Positions 61,301 to 64,000 of a stretch of 64,000 bases of DNA are shown one piece after another. The notes under the pieces are model-generated. The model was not told the origin of the DNA. It saw only the letters and a list, made by a program, of their open reading frames with translations, and did no database searches. Positions within the stretch are counted from its first letter, which is position 1. The number at the start of each line of letters is the position of its first letter. A program made the translations under genes and the position numbers. Origin of the DNA: the human T2T-CHM13v2.0 reference genome, Homo sapiens; NCBI RefSeq assembly GCF_009914755.1, contig NC_060947.1, one strand, 5' to 3'.

Positions 61301-64000
61301 CACCAACATAACCCATATTTTGCATCATACAAAATTTCAACAAATGTAAAAGAATTGAAACCATGCAGAGTATGTTCTCTTGAACTCCTGGCTTCAAGCA
61401 ATCCTCCTGCCTCAGCCTCCCAAAGTGCTGGGATTACAGGCATGAACCACTGTGTCATGTTCTCTGACTATAAGGGAGTCAAACCAGAAATCAATAACAA
61501 AGTCAGCAGGAAAATCTCCAAATATTTGAAAACTAGACAACACACTTCTCATTAATACATAGGTCAAAAAAGGAGTCTCAAGGGAAATTTTTTAAAAATA
61601 CAATGAACTGAATGAAAATGAAAATATAACATATTAAAATTTGTGGAATGGAGCTAAAGCAGTGCTGACAAGAGAGTTTATGGCACTAAATCCTTACATT
61701 AGAAAAGAGGCTGCCGGTCACTTGCCACTAAAAGAAAAATTTGTAATATATTTTTTTAAAATTTTTAAAAAAGAAGAGGTAAGGTCTTAAATCAATCAGG
61801 TAAGCTCCCACCTCAAGAGACTATAAAAAGAAGAGCAAAATTAAAACTTCAAAGCAAGCAGAAGGAAAGAGACAACAGCAGAAATCAATGAAATTGAAAA
61901 TAGGAAAACAATAGATAAAATCAATTAAGCAAAACGCTGTTCCTCTGAAAAGATCAGTACAGTTGATAAACCTATAGCAAGATTGACTAAGATAAAAAGA
62001 GAGAAGGCATAAGTCACTATAATCACAAATGAGACAGGGGATCTTACTACAGATCCTGCAGGCATTGAAAGGAAAATAGAGAAATTCTATCAAGAACCCT
62101 ACATATATAAATTCAACGACTTAGATGGAATGGACCAATTCCTTGAAACTACAAACTACCAAAACTCGACCAATATGAAATTTATCATCTGAATAGTCTA
62201 ATAACTATTTTAAAATAGGATTTATAATGTAAAAATTATTGAAAAAAGAAGGCTCCAGGTCCACATGGTTTCACTGGAATATTTTACCCAACATTTAAAG
62301 AACTAACACCGATTTTACACAATAGATTCTATAATACCAAAGAGGAGGGAACACTTCTGTGCTAGGGGTCCCCCAAACCATTCCCAGGCTTGATGATTCA
62401 CTATGAGGACTCAGAATGCAGCAGACAGTCACATTCATGGTGAGAGCACACAGAACAAAATCTTCAAAGGCAAAAGGCACATGGAAGTATAGAAGAAACG
62501 AGGTACAAGCTTCCAAGAGTCCTCTCCCAGTGGAGTCACGCAGGATGTACTAATTCCTCCAGCAACAAGTTGTGACAACACGTGTGAAATGTTGTCTATC
62601 AGGGAAGTTCATTAAAAACTCAGCTCCCAGGACATTTACTGGGGGTTGGTCATATAGGCACCCTCTGCCTAGCGCTTACCAAAACTCCAGACTCCTAGAA
62701 GGAAAACAAGTGTTCAGCATAAACCATATTGTTTGTACGAACAGTTTAGGCCCAGTGAACAGTCTCATCAGCCCTGGGAATGGTGAGAGCCCTCTTCAAA
62801 TCTAAGTTCCAAATGCCATCCAAGGACCGACCTTGCATGCAGGGCTTTCAAAGGATAGCACTGAGGCCTTTCACGTTAACTCTTTTCTGCACAGCTTGAG
62901 AATCAGGAGACTTGAGTTCTAGTCCCAGCATAAATAACATTTGTACAAACAGCTTAGATATAGTTAGCCATTCTTATCAGTTCTGGGAACAATGAGAGCT
63001 CTCCTGAAATCCAAGTTCACAGATGCCTGCCAAGGGCCTGTTATGTTAACTCTTTTCTGCACAACTTCCTCAACTCATTTTATAAGGCCAGTATTACCCT
63101 AATACCAAAACCAGACAAGGACTGTAGCAAAAATCTCCCCCAAACTACAGACTTTTATCTCTTATGGGCTTTAACACAAAAATCTGCAACAAAACATTAG
63201 CAATATAGAATCCAGCAAGGTATAAAAATAATTATTTTATGGCCAAATGGGGTTTATTCCAGCTATGAAAGGTTGGTTCAAAAATCAATATTCTATCAAT
63301 GTAATCTACCATATCCACAGGCTAAAGAAGAAAAATCACACGATCATATAACTTGATGCAGAAAAGGCATTTGACAAAATTCAGCATTCACTCATAATAA
63401 AAACTCTCAGCAAACTGTGAATAGAGAGGTACTTTCTCAACTCAATAAAGAGCATCTACAAAAAACCTGCAACTATCATATTTAATGGCGAAAGACAATG
63501 TTTCCCCTTAAGATAAGGAACAAGGCAAGTATGTCCACTCTCTCCACTCTTATTCAACATTGTACTGAATGTTCTAGCTAGAACAAGACGGCAAGAAAAG
63601 GAAATAAAATGCGCACAGATTGGAAAGGAAGAAATAAAACTGTCCCTATTCACAGATAATATGATTGTCTACATAGAAAATCCCAAAGAATCTGCTGAAA
63701 AATTCCTAGAACTAGTAAGTGAGTTTAGTAAGGTCAGAGGAAACAAGATCAACACATAAAAATTAATTGCATTTCTATATATTAACAATGACCAATGAAT
63801 GTGAAGACAAATTAAAAACACAATACCACTTACAATCATGACAAAGAAAATGAAATACTTAGGTATATATTTAACAAAACATGCATAGGTTCTGTATGCT
63901 GGAAATTCAAAAATGCTGACGAAAGAAGTCAAGGAAGATCTAAATAAATGGAGAGATAGACATATCGTGTTCATGGATTGGAAAATTCAATATACAATAG
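58330..64000 (+). mobile_element. Large decayed L1M (5'UTR-like region, ORF1 3' part, ORF2 EN and RT), running off the window; contains Alu 60159-60452 and MER21
   Basis: ORF 59728-59925 DFSSETIKAGRKW.IFQVMKEKNCQ...KISFRNKGEIKTFSD is the L1 ORF1p C-terminus; ORF2 motifs atagttggagacttcaataccc, gatgcagaaaaggcatttgacaaaattca and ctattcacagataatatgattgtctac; many stops and frameshifts. Confidence 0.85.
62358..63063 (-). mobile_element. MER21-like LTR plus a second partial LTR start, inserted in L1 ORF2
   Basis: gttaactcttttctgcaca terminus occurs twice (ending 62893 and 63063); 5-bp TSD acttc at 62353-62357 and 63064-63068. Confidence 0.8.

Noticed and set aside
59728-64000. Active or full-length L1 (such as the disease-causing L1RP)
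   Set aside because: ORFs are riddled with stops and frameshifts and interrupted by Alu and MER21. L1RP was a patient-specific intron 1 insertion, and no young L1 is visible in the part of intron 1 within this window.

Overview
Primate (human-like) genomic DNA, AT-rich and dominated by repeats. It carries the 3' four exons of RP2 (X-linked retinitis pigmentosa 2, ARL3 GTPase-activating protein) on the + strand. Exon 2 is at 8473-9138, exon 3 at 14985-15099, exon 4 at 32501-32586, and exon 5 CDS at 34691-34774, followed by a ~2.6 kb 3' UTR ending after AATAAA at 37341. Exon 1 lies upstream of the window. The rest is intron or intergenic sequence with ~60 Alus, old L1/L2/MIR fragments, MaLR/ERVL/ERV1 LTRs and DNA-transposon fossils. 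Nearly all ORFs in the supplied track are Alu, L1 or microsatellite artefacts. The most striking unexplained structure is at 51784-52774. It is an ERV1 (LTR9/MER61-like) RNA copy with R-U5-PBS-leader-partial U3-R-poly(A) architecture and a 14-bp target-site duplication, which points to an endogenous-retrovirus transcript retrotransposed by L1 machinery rather than integrated as a provirus. Other notable items: a 323-bp ~96%-identical dispersed duplication in intron 1, an MST LTR inserted at the RP2 cleavage site, a composite MER21 insertion, a tail-less Alu fragment with a flanking duplication, a young AluYa5, and several local tandem and fold-back duplications. Repeat family names come from recalled consensus sequences, not from a search, and repeat boundaries are approximate.
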